This document shows, piece after piece, positions 52,594 to 62,730 of a DNA stretch of 64,000 bases. Origin of the DNA: an uncultured cyanobacterium (GTDB lineage Bacteria; Cyanobacteriota; Cyanobacteriia; Cyanobacteriales; Nostocaceae); contig OY970166.1 of assembly GCA_963706595.1 (NCBI GenBank), positions 4,480,001-4,544,000 on the forward strand. The letters are read 5' to 3'. The first letter of the stretch is position 1, and each line of letters starts with the position of its first letter. The position numbers and the translations under genes were made by a program. A model generated the notes under the pieces. It had not been told where the DNA came from and searched no databases. It worked only from the letters and a program-made list of their open reading frames with translations.

Positions 52594-53154
52594 ATGCAAA
52601 TTACTCACTCCCACGTTCTTCTTGATGCTTGCTGTATTCTCAACTTTTGTGCTTCGGGTAAATTTCTGGAAATATTGAAATCTATTCCTGCTGAAGTTGT
52701 AGTGACTACAGTTGTACAAGAGTACGAGTTAAAAACTCTGCAACGGTTGAAGGATGAGGATAACGAGGGTGCAATTCAGTTTCAGGAAGCTATTAAACAA
52801 GGTCTACTACTGGTTGTAGATTTTGCATCAGCAGAAGAGGAAGAATTATTTGTCAACTATGCTGTGAATCTTGATGATGGTGAGTCTGCAACTTGTGCGA
52901 TCGCAGTTTACCGCAAATGGGCGATCGCAACTGATGACAAACGAGCGATCGCGGTTTTTCGACAAACAGCCCCAGACTTGCAAATTTTATCAACTCTAGA
53001 TATCATTAAACATTGGTCAGAGTTCTCAATGGTTGATTTGTCAGCACTAAGTAATGTACTCAATGCAATTCGGTTTAAGGCTCGGTATTTACCACCCAAA
53101 AGCCATCCTCTCCGCAGTTGGTGGGAAGCTGCTTTAACCGAAATTGAACTGTAA
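52594..53154 (+). CDS. PIN-domain protein
   Basis: VLLDACCILN, VVQEYE, LDDGESA..AIA, IATDDKRA: acidic PIN residues retained. Confidence 0.8.
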   Translation: MQITHSHVLLDACCILNFCASGKFLEILKSIPAEVVVTTVVQEYELKTLQRLKDEDNEGAIQFQEAIKQGLLLVVDFASAEEEELFVNYAVNLDDGESATCAIAVYRKWAIATDDKRAIAVFRQTAPDLQILSTLDIIKHWSEFSMVDLSALSNVLNAIRFKARYLPPKSHPLRSWWEAALTEIEL

Positions 53155-53161
53155 TTTTTAT

Positions 53162-54121
53162 TTAATTTTTTGCGCCTTTCACACCACTAATTTTTAAAAC
53201 ATCGCTCATAGTTGCACAGTAATTTGGTAAGCCCAAACTGGCGGGATTGACCACATTTTCATAACTAAAATGGCGATTGTTCATGCAGAATCTATCCCAG
53301 GCGGCCATTTGAATCCGAAATACAGCAATAATTAAATTAGCTAATGCTAACGATAGCGGAATGCGAAAATAAATCTTTTTACCTAAATAATTGCAGACTT
53401 CTTCCACTGCTTGATTAGCTGTTAATGCTTGTTGTCCCAAAACAAACTTACGTGGTTCGTTTTCCTGGGGAGGAAAATCAATTAAATATTGTACAGCAGT
53501 GGCAATGTCTCGCCCGTGGATAAAATGAAAACTGCCATCTACCTGCAAACAGCGAATTAAATTAATATATTTAGTTACTTCTGGTATTCCCGATGTCAGA
53601 TGAGAATAAGGTTTTTGATCATCACCGCCTAAAACTAAAGTTGGGAAAACCTTAGTAATTTTCGGGGCTATTTCTAGCTGGGACATTTTTTGTAAACAAT
53701 CATATTTGGAACGAATATAATCTGTACCAATTTCCCCAGCTTCTTTCAGGGGTTGATTGTAGCGATCCAAAACACTAGCTGTAGAAAAATAAATTACTTG
53801 TTCACAGCGCTGCGGATCTAGCATTTGCATCAATTCTAGAGTCTTGGAGACATTAATATCAAATGTGTGATCACCACCCCAAGCCGTAGCCGTGAGGACT
53901 GCTGTATCAATTGTGGGGAGTAAATCAGCTAACAGGCTAATTTTTTGCATATCACCCTGTAAAACGGTGATACCTGGACGAGCCTGGGTATCAACTTGCA
54001 ATTTCTGCGGATTTCTGACCAGTAAATATAACTCGTGATTAGTATTTTGAATTAAGGCTTCTGAGATGTAATGACCTACACAACCGCTTGCACCTGTCAC
54101 TAAAATCCGTTTCTGATTCAT
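53162..54121 (-). CDS. NAD-dependent epimerase/dehydratase (SDR), hemE-linked
   Basis: TGASGCVG, YIRSK. Confidence 0.85.
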   Translation of the reverse strand: MNQKRILVTGASGCVGHYISEALIQNTNHELYLLVRNPQKLQVDTQARPGITVLQGDMQKISLLADLLPTIDTAVLTATAWGGDHTFDINVSKTLELMQMLDPQRCEQVIYFSTASVLDRYNQPLKEAGEIGTDYIRSKYDCLQKMSQLEIAPKITKVFPTLVLGGDDQKPYSHLTSGIPEVTKYINLIRCLQVDGSFHFIHGRDIATAVQYLIDFPPQENEPRKFVLGQQALTANQAVEEVCNYLGKKIYFRIPLSLALANLIIAVFRIQMAAWDRFCMNNRHFSYENVVNPASLGLPNYCATMSDVLKISGVKGAKN

Positions 54122-54447
54122 AGTTAAGATTTAAAATAAATTAGTAATTAAAACTTAAGAGTTAAAAATAAACTTAAAAGTTCCACTCTTAACTCTGTGT
54201 TCTCTGTGCCTCTGTGGTTAAATAATTGATTTTTTTACCACTGTTTTTAATAGACATCTGGTGACAAAGGATGTAGAGACGTTCCAGGGAAAGTCTGTAA
54301 AAAAGTTCTGTGATCACGTATATTTTATTTCCAACAGATGTCTAATATACAAGGATGTGTTATGCAGCAGACTTAGACACTATCTAAATTTTCGGTGCGT
54401 TAGGACTCAAGTCCATAACACACCCTACGAGATCACAGCTTTCCTGA

Positions 54448-55503
54448 TTAAACTTCTACAGATTTAAGTTGTTTTGCTGTTTCAAAAAAGAAAGCCACAT
54501 TTTCTTCTGGAGTTTCTGGTAATACACCATGACCAAGATTGAGAATATGACCCCAATTACCAGCTTTACGCACTGTATCCAGGATGCGATCGCGGATAAA
54601 CTCTTTAGAACCAAACAACACACCAGGGTCAAGATTTCCCTGAACTTTGACGTGTTTACCTAATCTGGCTCTTGCTTCAGCCATATCCACAGCCCAATCC
54701 ACAGTCACAATATCTGCACCCGATTTAGGCATTCTTTCCAGCACACCGGCACTACCGCTAACTAACAAAATTAACGGTGTATCAGGGTGAGTTTCCTTAA
54801 CTTGCTGAAAAACTCTTTGCTGATAAGGTAGAGCAAAGGTGTCATAATCTTGGGGACTCAGTTGACCAGCCCAAGAATCGAACATTTGTACAACTTGAGC
54901 GCCGCAGTCAATTTGATAGCGTGTATAGACGGCGATCGCATCAGCAAATTTAGCTAATAGCTGATGTAACATCGTCGGATCTGAAAACGCCATATTTTTA
55001 ATCACGGAGTAGGTTTTAGAACCTTTACCCTCCACTGCATAAGCGGCTAAAGTCCACGGCGCGCCCACGAAGCCTAAAACAGTTGACTGATTGCCTACTT
55101 CCTGGCGTAACGCCTGCAATATGGTCTTAATAAACGGTAGTTGTGCTTCTGGTTCTAAAGGACGCAGGCGATCAATTTGTTCTTGGGTACGAAGGGGCGA
55201 GTGAATGATTGGGCCTTTACCTTCCGCAATGTCCATTTCAATGCCCAACCCAGGCAAAGGGGTAACAATGTCAGAAAATAAAATCACTCCGTCTGGCTGG
55301 AATGCTCTCCAAGGTTGTAGGGAAACTTCTATGGCCACTTCGGGAATTTCCGAGCGATCGCGGAACGAAGGATACTTTTCCCTTAAATCTCGATATGCTT
55401 TCATATATCGTCCCGCTTGTCGCATCATCCAGACGGGGGGACAATCTACTACTTCACCACGTGCAGCTCGGAGGAGATGAGGAGCCGTTAACGAAACACC
55501 CAT
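54448..55503 (-). CDS. hemE: Uroporphyrinogen decarboxylase
   Basis: [45 protein letters not shown]. Confidence 0.97.
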   Translation of the reverse strand: MGVSLTAPHLLRAARGEVVDCPPVWMMRQAGRYMKAYRDLREKYPSFRDRSEIPEVAIEVSLQPWRAFQPDGVILFSDIVTPLPGLGIEMDIAEGKGPIIHSPLRTQEQIDRLRPLEPEAQLPFIKTILQALRQEVGNQSTVLGFVGAPWTLAAYAVEGKGSKTYSVIKNMAFSDPTMLHQLLAKFADAIAVYTRYQIDCGAQVVQMFDSWAGQLSPQDYDTFALPYQQRVFQQVKETHPDTPLILLVSGSAGVLERMPKSGADIVTVDWAVDMAEARARLGKHVKVQGNLDPGVLFGSKEFIRDRILDTVRKAGNWGHILNLGHGVLPETPEENVAFFFETAKQLKSVEV

Positions 55504-55609
55504 TTAACACTTCATCCTAAGTCATTATTTTTATGCCACTGTTTAGCTTATCATTCTGAGATTACGCTTTTTCAGGAGGTTCGCCTCAGACAACAATAGT
55601 TAACTTAAT

Positions 55610-56356
55610 ATGCAAACTGACTCTAATAGTCCAAATCATGTTGCATCGACTCTCCACCCAGGAAAGTTGTTGATTCCGCGCGCCCAGAGACAAAAATTTG
55701 TTCTCCAGTTTACCTTGATGACTGTCTTGGGATGGGTTGTAGGTGGAATTGCTAGCATAGGTTTAGAAAGAAGCATCCTGGGAGGCCTACCTCCTGCCGA
55801 TTCCTTTCATTGGGTCAAAATACTTGGTAACATTGTGTTTGCGGTAGTTTTTGCCGCCGATCAAGCCCTGGTTTTGCGTCGCTATATCTCCGGTTGGCTA
55901 TGGATACTGGCTACCAGTGCAGGTTGGTTGATTGCCAACAGCATCGCCTTTTTTTGGGTGAGATATATTTCCGCCATAGCTAGTTCCTTCAATGAAGGTG
56001 TAGCTCCTGAGTTAATCTTCTTCTGGGGATTTTTGTCAACGATTTCATACATTCTGGCGGGAATTTGGCTAGGATTGTGCCAATGGTTAGTTTTAAAGCG
56101 CTACGCAAAACCAGCCTGGAGGTGGATTTTCCTACCTTCTGTGTCCTTCTTCTTGATCAGTATTTGCGTTTGGTTCCTGTCTCTTGTGCAAGATTTGATT
56201 CCAGAAATGAATCGCACTCCTATATTGTATTGGAGTGAACAAACATTTACGGCTATTATTCTCGGAGTAATACCAGCAATTGGCTTGTGTACCTTCAAAA
56301 GAAACTCTCATCGCTCAACTAAAAGTTCTAGTTCATCTACCCTTACCGACAGCTAG
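55610..56356 (+). CDS. Hypothetical membrane protein
   Basis: About six hydrophobic segments; repeated Q.LVL.R..W.W motif. Confidence 0.7.
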   Translation: MQTDSNSPNHVASTLHPGKLLIPRAQRQKFVLQFTLMTVLGWVVGGIASIGLERSILGGLPPADSFHWVKILGNIVFAVVFAADQALVLRRYISGWLWILATSAGWLIANSIAFFWVRYISAIASSFNEGVAPELIFFWGFLSTISYILAGIWLGLCQWLVLKRYAKPAWRWIFLPSVSFFLISICVWFLSLVQDLIPEMNRTPILYWSEQTFTAIILGVIPAIGLCTFKRNSHRSTKSSSSSTLTDS

Positions 56357-56386
56357 TTGCTGGATATTTACCATAGGTTAACAATT

Positions 56387-58459
56387 ATGAATAAAGATAA
56401 AGTTTTACCAAAAATAGTCACGCCACCGATTGCGACACAAAAACCAGAGGTTTTAGAATTGCATGGCGATCGCCGCATCGACAACTACTTTTGGATGAAT
56501 GATGTGGATAATCCCCAAGTCATTGCTTATCTGGAAGCAGAGAACGCCTACACAGCCGCAATGACGCAGCATACAGAAGCACTGCAAACCCAGATATACA
56601 ATGAAATGCTGGCGCGGATTAAAGAAACAGATTTATCAGTGCCATTCCGGAAAAATGAATATTATTATTATTCACGCACTGAAGAAGGCAAAGCTTATTC
56701 CATTCATTGTCGGAAAAAGGGGAGTTTAGACGCTCCCGAAGAAGTGCTAATAGATGAAAATGAATTAGCAGCAGGTCACGATTTTTTTGAATTGGGTGTA
56801 TTTGAAATTAGCCCCAATCATCAAATATTAGCTTATTCCTTTGATACTAGCGGTTCAGAGCAATATCTTCTCTGTTTTCTTGACTTAACCACACATCAAT
56901 TATATCCAGAAACAATTGCCGAAACTTATTTTTCCTTTGCGTGGGGTAACGACAATCAAACTGGATTTTATACCAAAATTGATGATGCTAATCGTCCTTA
57001 TCAACTGCTAAAACACACATTAGGAACTTCCCCAGAAGCAGATGTGCTGATTTATGAAGAAACAGACGATATCTATCATTTATATGTTGGCAAAACCCGC
57101 AGTGAATCATATATATTGATGCTTTTGCAAAGTAGCATCACTACAGAAGTTCACTATTTGGATGCTAACAGTCCCCAAGGCGACTTTAAAATCATTCACC
57201 CCCGAACTACAGGGGTAGAATATGATGTTGACCATCACAGCGATAGCTTCTACATTGTTACCAACGAGAAAGCCACTAATTTTAAATTGGTGAAAACACC
57301 AGTAGCTGCGCCATCTCAAGAAAATTGGCAACCGATAATTCCCCACAGAGAAGATGTGTTGCTATTAGGGGTAAGCTTGTTTGCAAATCATTTAGTGATT
57401 TATGAAAGAAAAGGCGGATTGCAAACTGCAAGAGTGCAAAATTTATCCACAGGTGAGGAAAATAATATTAATTTTCCTGAACCCACTTATGAATTTGATG
57501 AAGGCAATAATCCAGAATTCAACACTAATATATTGCGCTTTCATTACACCTCTTTAATTACTCCCCAATCTGTTTTCGATTACAATATGGAAACAAATGA
57601 ACGGGAACTGAAAAAACAAACAGAAGTATTGGGTGGCTACGATAAAACTCAATATCAAAGTGAGTGGCTAATGGCGACTGCGACCGATGGTACAAAAATT
57701 CCCATCTCCATTGTTTACAAACAGGGAATTAACAAAGATGGCAAAAATCCCTTGTTACTCACAGGCTACGGTGCTTATGGTTCTTCTTACCCAGCATCCT
57801 TTTCATCCACCAGATTAACACTTTTAGACCGGGGAGTAGTATTTGCAATTGCTCATATTCGTGGTGGCGAAGAAATGGGGCGGAAGTGGTATGAAGAAGG
57901 TAAATTTTTGCATAAAAAGAATACCTTTACAGATTTTATCACCTGTGCAGAGTATTTAATTACTGAAAATTGGACAGCAAGCGATCGCTTAGTCATTACT
58001 GGCGGTAGTGCAGGCGGTTTATTAATGGGTGCAGTCATCAATATGCGTCCTGATTTGTTCAAAGCAGTAATAGCTAATGTCCCCTTTGTAGACGTAGTAA
58101 CTACAATTCTAGATACCTCCCTACCCCTATCAGCGATGGAATGGGAAGAATGGGGAAATCCTAACGACAAAGTTTATTACGACTACATGAAATCTTACTC
58201 TCCCTACGATAATGTCGAAGCCAAAAGTTACCCAGATTTATTGATTACTGCTGGTTTAAATGATTCTCGCGTCAAATATTGGGAACCCGCCAAATGGACA
58301 GCCAAACTGCGGGAAATTAAAACAGATAATCATCTGCTGCTGCTGAAAACTAACATGGATGCAGGACATAGCGGTGCATCTGGACGTTATGAAAGCTTGC
58401 GAGAACTAGCTTTTGAAGATGCTTTTATTCTCGATAGGTTGGGTTTAGGAAATATTTGA
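56387..58459 (+). CDS. ptrB: Oligopeptidase B (S9A)
   Basis: D.Y.W, GYGAYG, HIRGG.E.G..WY, GGSAGG, VPFVDV, EWGNP, DSRV.YWEPAKW, GHSGASGR. Confidence 0.92.
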   Translation: MNKDKVLPKIVTPPIATQKPEVLELHGDRRIDNYFWMNDVDNPQVIAYLEAENAYTAAMTQHTEALQTQIYNEMLARIKETDLSVPFRKNEYYYYSRTEEGKAYSIHCRKKGSLDAPEEVLIDENELAAGHDFFELGVFEISPNHQILAYSFDTSGSEQYLLCFLDLTTHQLYPETIAETYFSFAWGNDNQTGFYTKIDDANRPYQLLKHTLGTSPEADVLIYEETDDIYHLYVGKTRSESYILMLLQSSITTEVHYLDANSPQGDFKIIHPRTTGVEYDVDHHSDSFYIVTNEKATNFKLVKTPVAAPSQENWQPIIPHREDVLLLGVSLFANHLVIYERKGGLQTARVQNLSTGEENNINFPEPTYEFDEGNNPEFNTNILRFHYTSLITPQSVFDYNMETNERELKKQTEVLGGYDKTQYQSEWLMATATDGTKIPISIVYKQGINKDGKNPLLLTGYGAYGSSYPASFSSTRLTLLDRGVVFAIAHIRGGEEMGRKWYEEGKFLHKKNTFTDFITCAEYLITENWTASDRLVITGGSAGGLLMGAVINMRPDLFKAVIANVPFVDVVTTILDTSLPLSAMEWEEWGNPNDKVYYDYMKSYSPYDNVEAKSYPDLLITAGLNDSRVKYWEPAKWTAKLREIKTDNHLLLLKTNMDAGHSGASGRYESLRELAFEDAFILDRLGLGNI

Positions 58460-58472
58460 TTTAACTAATAGC

Positions 58473-58547
58473 TCAAACTTAAAAAACGTAATAATCAGAT
58501 CCCCGACTTCTCTAAGAAGTCGGGGATCTATATCGTCAAGGTTTTAT
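58473..58547. repeat. Second copy of the 34632-34715 hairpin repeat
   Basis: TCAAACTTAAAAAACGTAATA...AGATCCCCGACTTCT..AGAAGTCGGGGATCTATATCGTCAAGGTTTTAT is shared. Confidence 0.85.
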
Positions 58548-58579
58548 CTGCAAGAGAAAGGATTAATCAGTGATTTAGA

Positions 58580-59890
58580 TTAATTATGTCCACTCATTGC
58601 AAATATTTGTTTGATAATCAACACAGAAGCAATGGCTATCATGATTATCAATGTCACCTTACCACCAGGGACAAGCGGTTGATTCATCCTATTTAACTGT
58701 TGTTCTTGGCGTTGTTTCCAAGTCATTAATGCTGGAATTATCCCGCCTAAAACTGAAATACTAAAGGTTCCCGCGAAATCTAGGGCGTTAAAGAAAATGC
58801 TGGGATTAATTGCACCCAAACTCATGGGAGGTAACAAAATCAGTGAATAAAGCGGGAGACGGCTAGAAGGTTTATTCTGTGCGACTGGGAAAATATCTTT
58901 GAAGAAATCTAGCAACCCGTAGACAAAACCAATAAATGAGGTGGCGATCGCAAACTCTGAGAAAATAGAAAGTAAGATTCCTAACCATTCCCCAGCACCA
59001 CCCGACCGTAGTATTTGCAGTGGGTCAAGATTAGCTGTGCTGTGTACAATATCAGGACTAATACTACCCAAAATTACCGCATTCCACAGCAAGAACATCA
59101 CTAAAGGAATTAAAGAACCAATAATAATAGACTGGCGAATCTTGGGGATATCTCCTTCCAACTGAGTCACAACCACTGGGACAACATTATGGAAAAACAG
59201 CGCCACCAACATCACCGATACAGCACTCCCCAAAGCTGTCCAGTTGTGAGTCAAGAGTTGCACACTCTTAACCTGTCCTCCTCCGAGAAACAATAGTCCA
59301 ATAAAAGAAGTAATCACAATCGCCACAAAAACGCTGTTGAGTTTCTCAATTAATTTTTGTCGCCCCAGGTACATCATGCCACCAAATAACAAGGTGAAGA
59401 TAATTGTCCCCACCCAAGCAGGCGGAATGTTTTCTAGTCCCCACACCTGAGAAACCCCAGAGACTAAAATATTTCCCCCTTGAGTCATGTAAGCCACCAG
59501 CAAAGCATAGTGCAGAAACAGATACGCAGCGCCAGCAATCCGCGCCCCCACAAACCCCAGAGTTCCCTCAATCATTGCCAACAGACCAACACTCAAACGC
59601 CCTTCCAGACGCATGGCATTCACACACACTTCTGCCAGCAACAGCGCAGAAATTACCGTATACAGCCATACAGCAATTAATAACACTGTAGACGGCACAA
59701 CGCCAGATGGTAGAGTGACCGCAGGTAATGCCAGAATACCAGCCCCAACCGTTGTACCTGCAATCAGCGCCGTATTTCCCCACACACTACCCGGTTGATG
59801 ACTTAACTTATTTTCATTGAGTTCAACGTGAGAACATAATCGAGTGACTTCTTCTGGATGCAACTTGAAAACAGTGTTTGTAGGAGTCAT
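58580..59890 (-). CDS. Aromatic amino acid permease (TyrP/Mtr family)
   Basis: LIAGTTVGAGILALP, FLHYALLVAY, HNVVP, IIIGS.IPL, FAIATSFIG. Confidence 0.88.
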   Translation of the reverse strand: MTPTNTVFKLHPEEVTRLCSHVELNENKLSHQPGSVWGNTALIAGTTVGAGILALPAVTLPSGVVPSTVLLIAVWLYTVISALLLAEVCVNAMRLEGRLSVGLLAMIEGTLGFVGARIAGAAYLFLHYALLVAYMTQGGNILVSGVSQVWGLENIPPAWVGTIIFTLLFGGMMYLGRQKLIEKLNSVFVAIVITSFIGLLFLGGGQVKSVQLLTHNWTALGSAVSVMLVALFFHNVVPVVVTQLEGDIPKIRQSIIIGSLIPLVMFLLWNAVILGSISPDIVHSTANLDPLQILRSGGAGEWLGILLSIFSEFAIATSFIGFVYGLLDFFKDIFPVAQNKPSSRLPLYSLILLPPMSLGAINPSIFFNALDFAGTFSISVLGGIIPALMTWKQRQEQQLNRMNQPLVPGGKVTLIIMIAIASVLIIKQIFAMSGHN

Positions 59891-60001
59891 ACCGAGATAA
59901 ATATCCGAAAGGGATGCAGACTGTGAAGTTATGTAACTAATTTTAGCAAAAACCTCAATATACTGCTTTTACACGCAAAAACCTCTCAGTCCAAAATAAA
60001 C

Positions 60002-60367
60002 TAGGACTTACACATTGACAATAAACAATAAATATGTAGGGCGCTAAAAAGCATATATTTCGTAGGGGTTTTGCATTGCTCATTGGTGTCAACTTCAGCC
60101 CCGGCGACTGGAAGTCGCGGCTACACAAACAAAGTCCGCCTGCGCGGACTCAGGAAAAATCGAGGATCTGAAACCCACGGAGGTGGGTTTTGCCTGTGTA
60201 GATGCGGTTTTTAACCGCCGATTTCATCTTAAGTTGACACGTATGAGCAATGCTAAACCCCTACCACGCGGGTATATTTACTATCAACATCATCATTGTT
60301 CAAAGCCGGAAATTGGCTATTTTCGGTGACAGCATACCATGATTAATTTGTACAGTGCGTAAGTCAT
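60002..60367. mobile_element. MITE (AGGACTTAC-type termini) with a nested REP doublet
   Basis: Reverse-complement homologue of 41073-41224 with an extra ~165-bp insert bounded by GTGTCAACTT/AAGTTGACAC. Confidence 0.65.
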
Positions 60368-60372
60368 ATAAA

Positions 60373-61575
60373 CTAGACAAATCGCTCAGTAAACTCATAC
60401 ATCAAATCAACCCTGCCTTTCCGCAACATAGCGGGGTCTAATCTTTCAGTAGTATTGCAAGTCATCAAAACAACTAATCTTTGCTTAAGTTGAATACCAG
60501 AATCATCAATGATACTTTGGTACAAAGTTCCATCCAAAAGCCCCAGAATATGTTCGGTTTTATTATTATTTTGAGCCACTTCCGATGCCCGATTTTGTGC
60601 CAAATTATCAGCCTCATTGATGATAATGCAAATTCGCTCTAAATAATTGGGAGGCACAAAGTTCGCGATCGCATCATGATCTAAAATAAAAATTACATAT
60701 CCTAAAGGGACAATAATTTCCTTTGCTACAGCCTGTGTCCATACAGTTTTACCTGTACCCGGTTCACCATGTACCACAATAGCTAATTGATTCTGAGTCA
60801 GAATTGCTTGTTGTACCGTATCAGTGAAACTTTGAATATCTGCGGAAAAACTCCGAATAGGATATTGACTGTAAACCTTACCGACACGACTTTGATATCC
60901 ACTCAGCATCACAGCTAAGTCATAAGTTGCTTTGTTAATTAGCGGTGAGATATGCGTTGACATTAAAGTATAATACCGTTTTCCGCGCTCGTAGGATTCA
61001 ATTTGCAGCCAAGTATCATACTTTGACCAATAAGCATAAACTGTATTAATAACTTCTAGACGTTCCCAACTCACAAACTTTTCCACAGGGAAATAGAAGT
61101 CTCTTTCTAAATAATACTGGGTAATAATATCAGGACGATCTAATAATTGTAAAACTCGTAAAACGGTAATTTCTTGCAAGCGATTCAGAACGTAATCAAT
61201 CGGGATGCTGCTACGACTCACAAATTGTACAATAGGTGTCTCCGTACTCAAAATATCTTTGTAGCGATGATCTGGTGATTGCGGGTCAGGTGTAATGTAG
61301 TTCCAAAATTTTTCTACTTCGTAGCGAGTATTATCAGATACTACATTCAGCAAATTTGCCCACCAAGCATAATTATTACGTCCCAAAATTTCAGCAAAAT
61401 TGCCGACTAAATTCAAAGATTTTTGTGTTAATTCGCGGGTGTCGTTGTGCAGCAATTGCCCTAAAAAGTCCCAGTCTAACTCTCTATGAAATGGTCTCCA
61501 ACCACTGGTAAGTAAACTTTGACGGTTATTATTATTAGGAGTACTATCGTTGCTTCTCAAATAATCAAATTCCAT
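60373..61575 (-). CDS. AAA+ ATPase with an uncharacterised N-terminal region
   Basis: GEPGTGKT Walker A, IIINEAD Walker B variant, MTCN...LDPAMLRKGRVD. Confidence 0.8.
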   Translation of the reverse strand: MEFDYLRSNDSTPNNNNRQSLLTSGWRPFHRELDWDFLGQLLHNDTRELTQKSLNLVGNFAEILGRNNYAWWANLLNVVSDNTRYEVEKFWNYITPDPQSPDHRYKDILSTETPIVQFVSRSSIPIDYVLNRLQEITVLRVLQLLDRPDIITQYYLERDFYFPVEKFVSWERLEVINTVYAYWSKYDTWLQIESYERGKRYYTLMSTHISPLINKATYDLAVMLSGYQSRVGKVYSQYPIRSFSADIQSFTDTVQQAILTQNQLAIVVHGEPGTGKTVWTQAVAKEIIVPLGYVIFILDHDAIANFVPPNYLERICIIINEADNLAQNRASEVAQNNNKTEHILGLLDGTLYQSIIDDSGIQLKQRLVVLMTCNTTERLDPAMLRKGRVDLMYEFTERFV

Positions 61576-62204
61576 ATTTTTAAAATTATCCAGCAGTAGT
61601 CGAGTTATTTAGTTATGGACTTAGGACATTTTTAACTGGAGATTTTGGAGTGAGTTGACATTTTGTATACTACAGATGTAACACAACAAAGTCAAGCAGG
61701 CAAAATTTTGCGAAAAATATCTTAAATTTTGCCAACTTAATGCGATCGGCAAAGCCGCACCGTAGGCGATCGCATCGATTTTTTCACAACTCCATACCTA
61801 CGCACATCTGCTAAGAATTGTTTGTTTACGTCTAAGTTGAACCCTTGATTTCTGCCAGATGCACACTCGTGACTTCTAGTCATGCAAGGTTCAATTTATA
61901 TCTTTGATTCTACGGAAATAAGTAGCACTCTCCACAGACTACTGTGCATTAAAATTGTGATATTGACTTATTATAATCTTGGCGAAAAATATTCTGTGAT
62001 TTTGCGTATAATCAAGAAGTAGTTGCTAAACCTATAGATTTGAAGTTTTCTTTTCCCGATGTTTTTGGCTTGGGTAAGAATCATCAAATAGGCGCAAGCA
62101 AAACCTGAGCCAATCCTGGATTAGATCCATTCTATCCTTGCGGGATGTCTCGATTATTATCTCAAGCAAGACGATAAATCCCAACGTAATCTTCTGGAGA
62201 AGAG

Positions 62205-62657
62205 ATGTATCTGGCACATTCGTTCATGAGTGATGAAAAGAAGCAAAATCCTCAGCAGCCCTTAATCTTGGTAGTGGAAGATCATGATGATAGTCTACTG
62301 CTGATTGGTTATGCCCTTAAGTTACTTGGCTGTAGATTCATTTGTCAAAATGAAAGTTCCACGACGTTACTAGTGGCAAAAGACTATCAGCCAGACCTGA
62401 TCATGTTAGATATTTTATTACCAGGTCTTAGCGGCACTGATATTGTACATGATCTCAAACAAGAACCGCTAACTGCCAAAATACCAGTACTCGCAGTTAC
62501 GGCTTTAGCTAGTAGAGATGATCGAGAACGCCTCCTCTCGGCGGGTTTTGATGACTACATCAGTAAACCTTACATGATCGAGGATTTAGAGGCGATAATT
62601 AGCCGCCTGCTACGTGGTAAGCTCAATTCTCCGACTTTGAAGAGTGCTGAACGCTGA
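62205..62657 (+). CDS. Single-domain response regulator (DivK/CheY-like)
   Basis: ILVVEDH, PDLIMLDI.LP, AVTA, GFDDYISKP. Confidence 0.9.
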   Translation: MYLAHSFMSDEKKQNPQQPLILVVEDHDDSLLLIGYALKLLGCRFICQNESSTTLLVAKDYQPDLIMLDILLPGLSGTDIVHDLKQEPLTAKIPVLAVTALASRDDRERLLSAGFDDYISKPYMIEDLEAIISRLLRGKLNSPTLKSAER

Positions 62658-62730
62658 CTAATGACTAATGACCAATGACTAATGACTAATGACTAATGAC
62701 TAATGACTAATGACTAATGACTAATGACTA
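62655..62730. repeat. STRR heptamer array (TGACTAA)n, about 11 units
   Basis: Directly visible; fills the gap between convergent genes. Confidence 0.92.
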
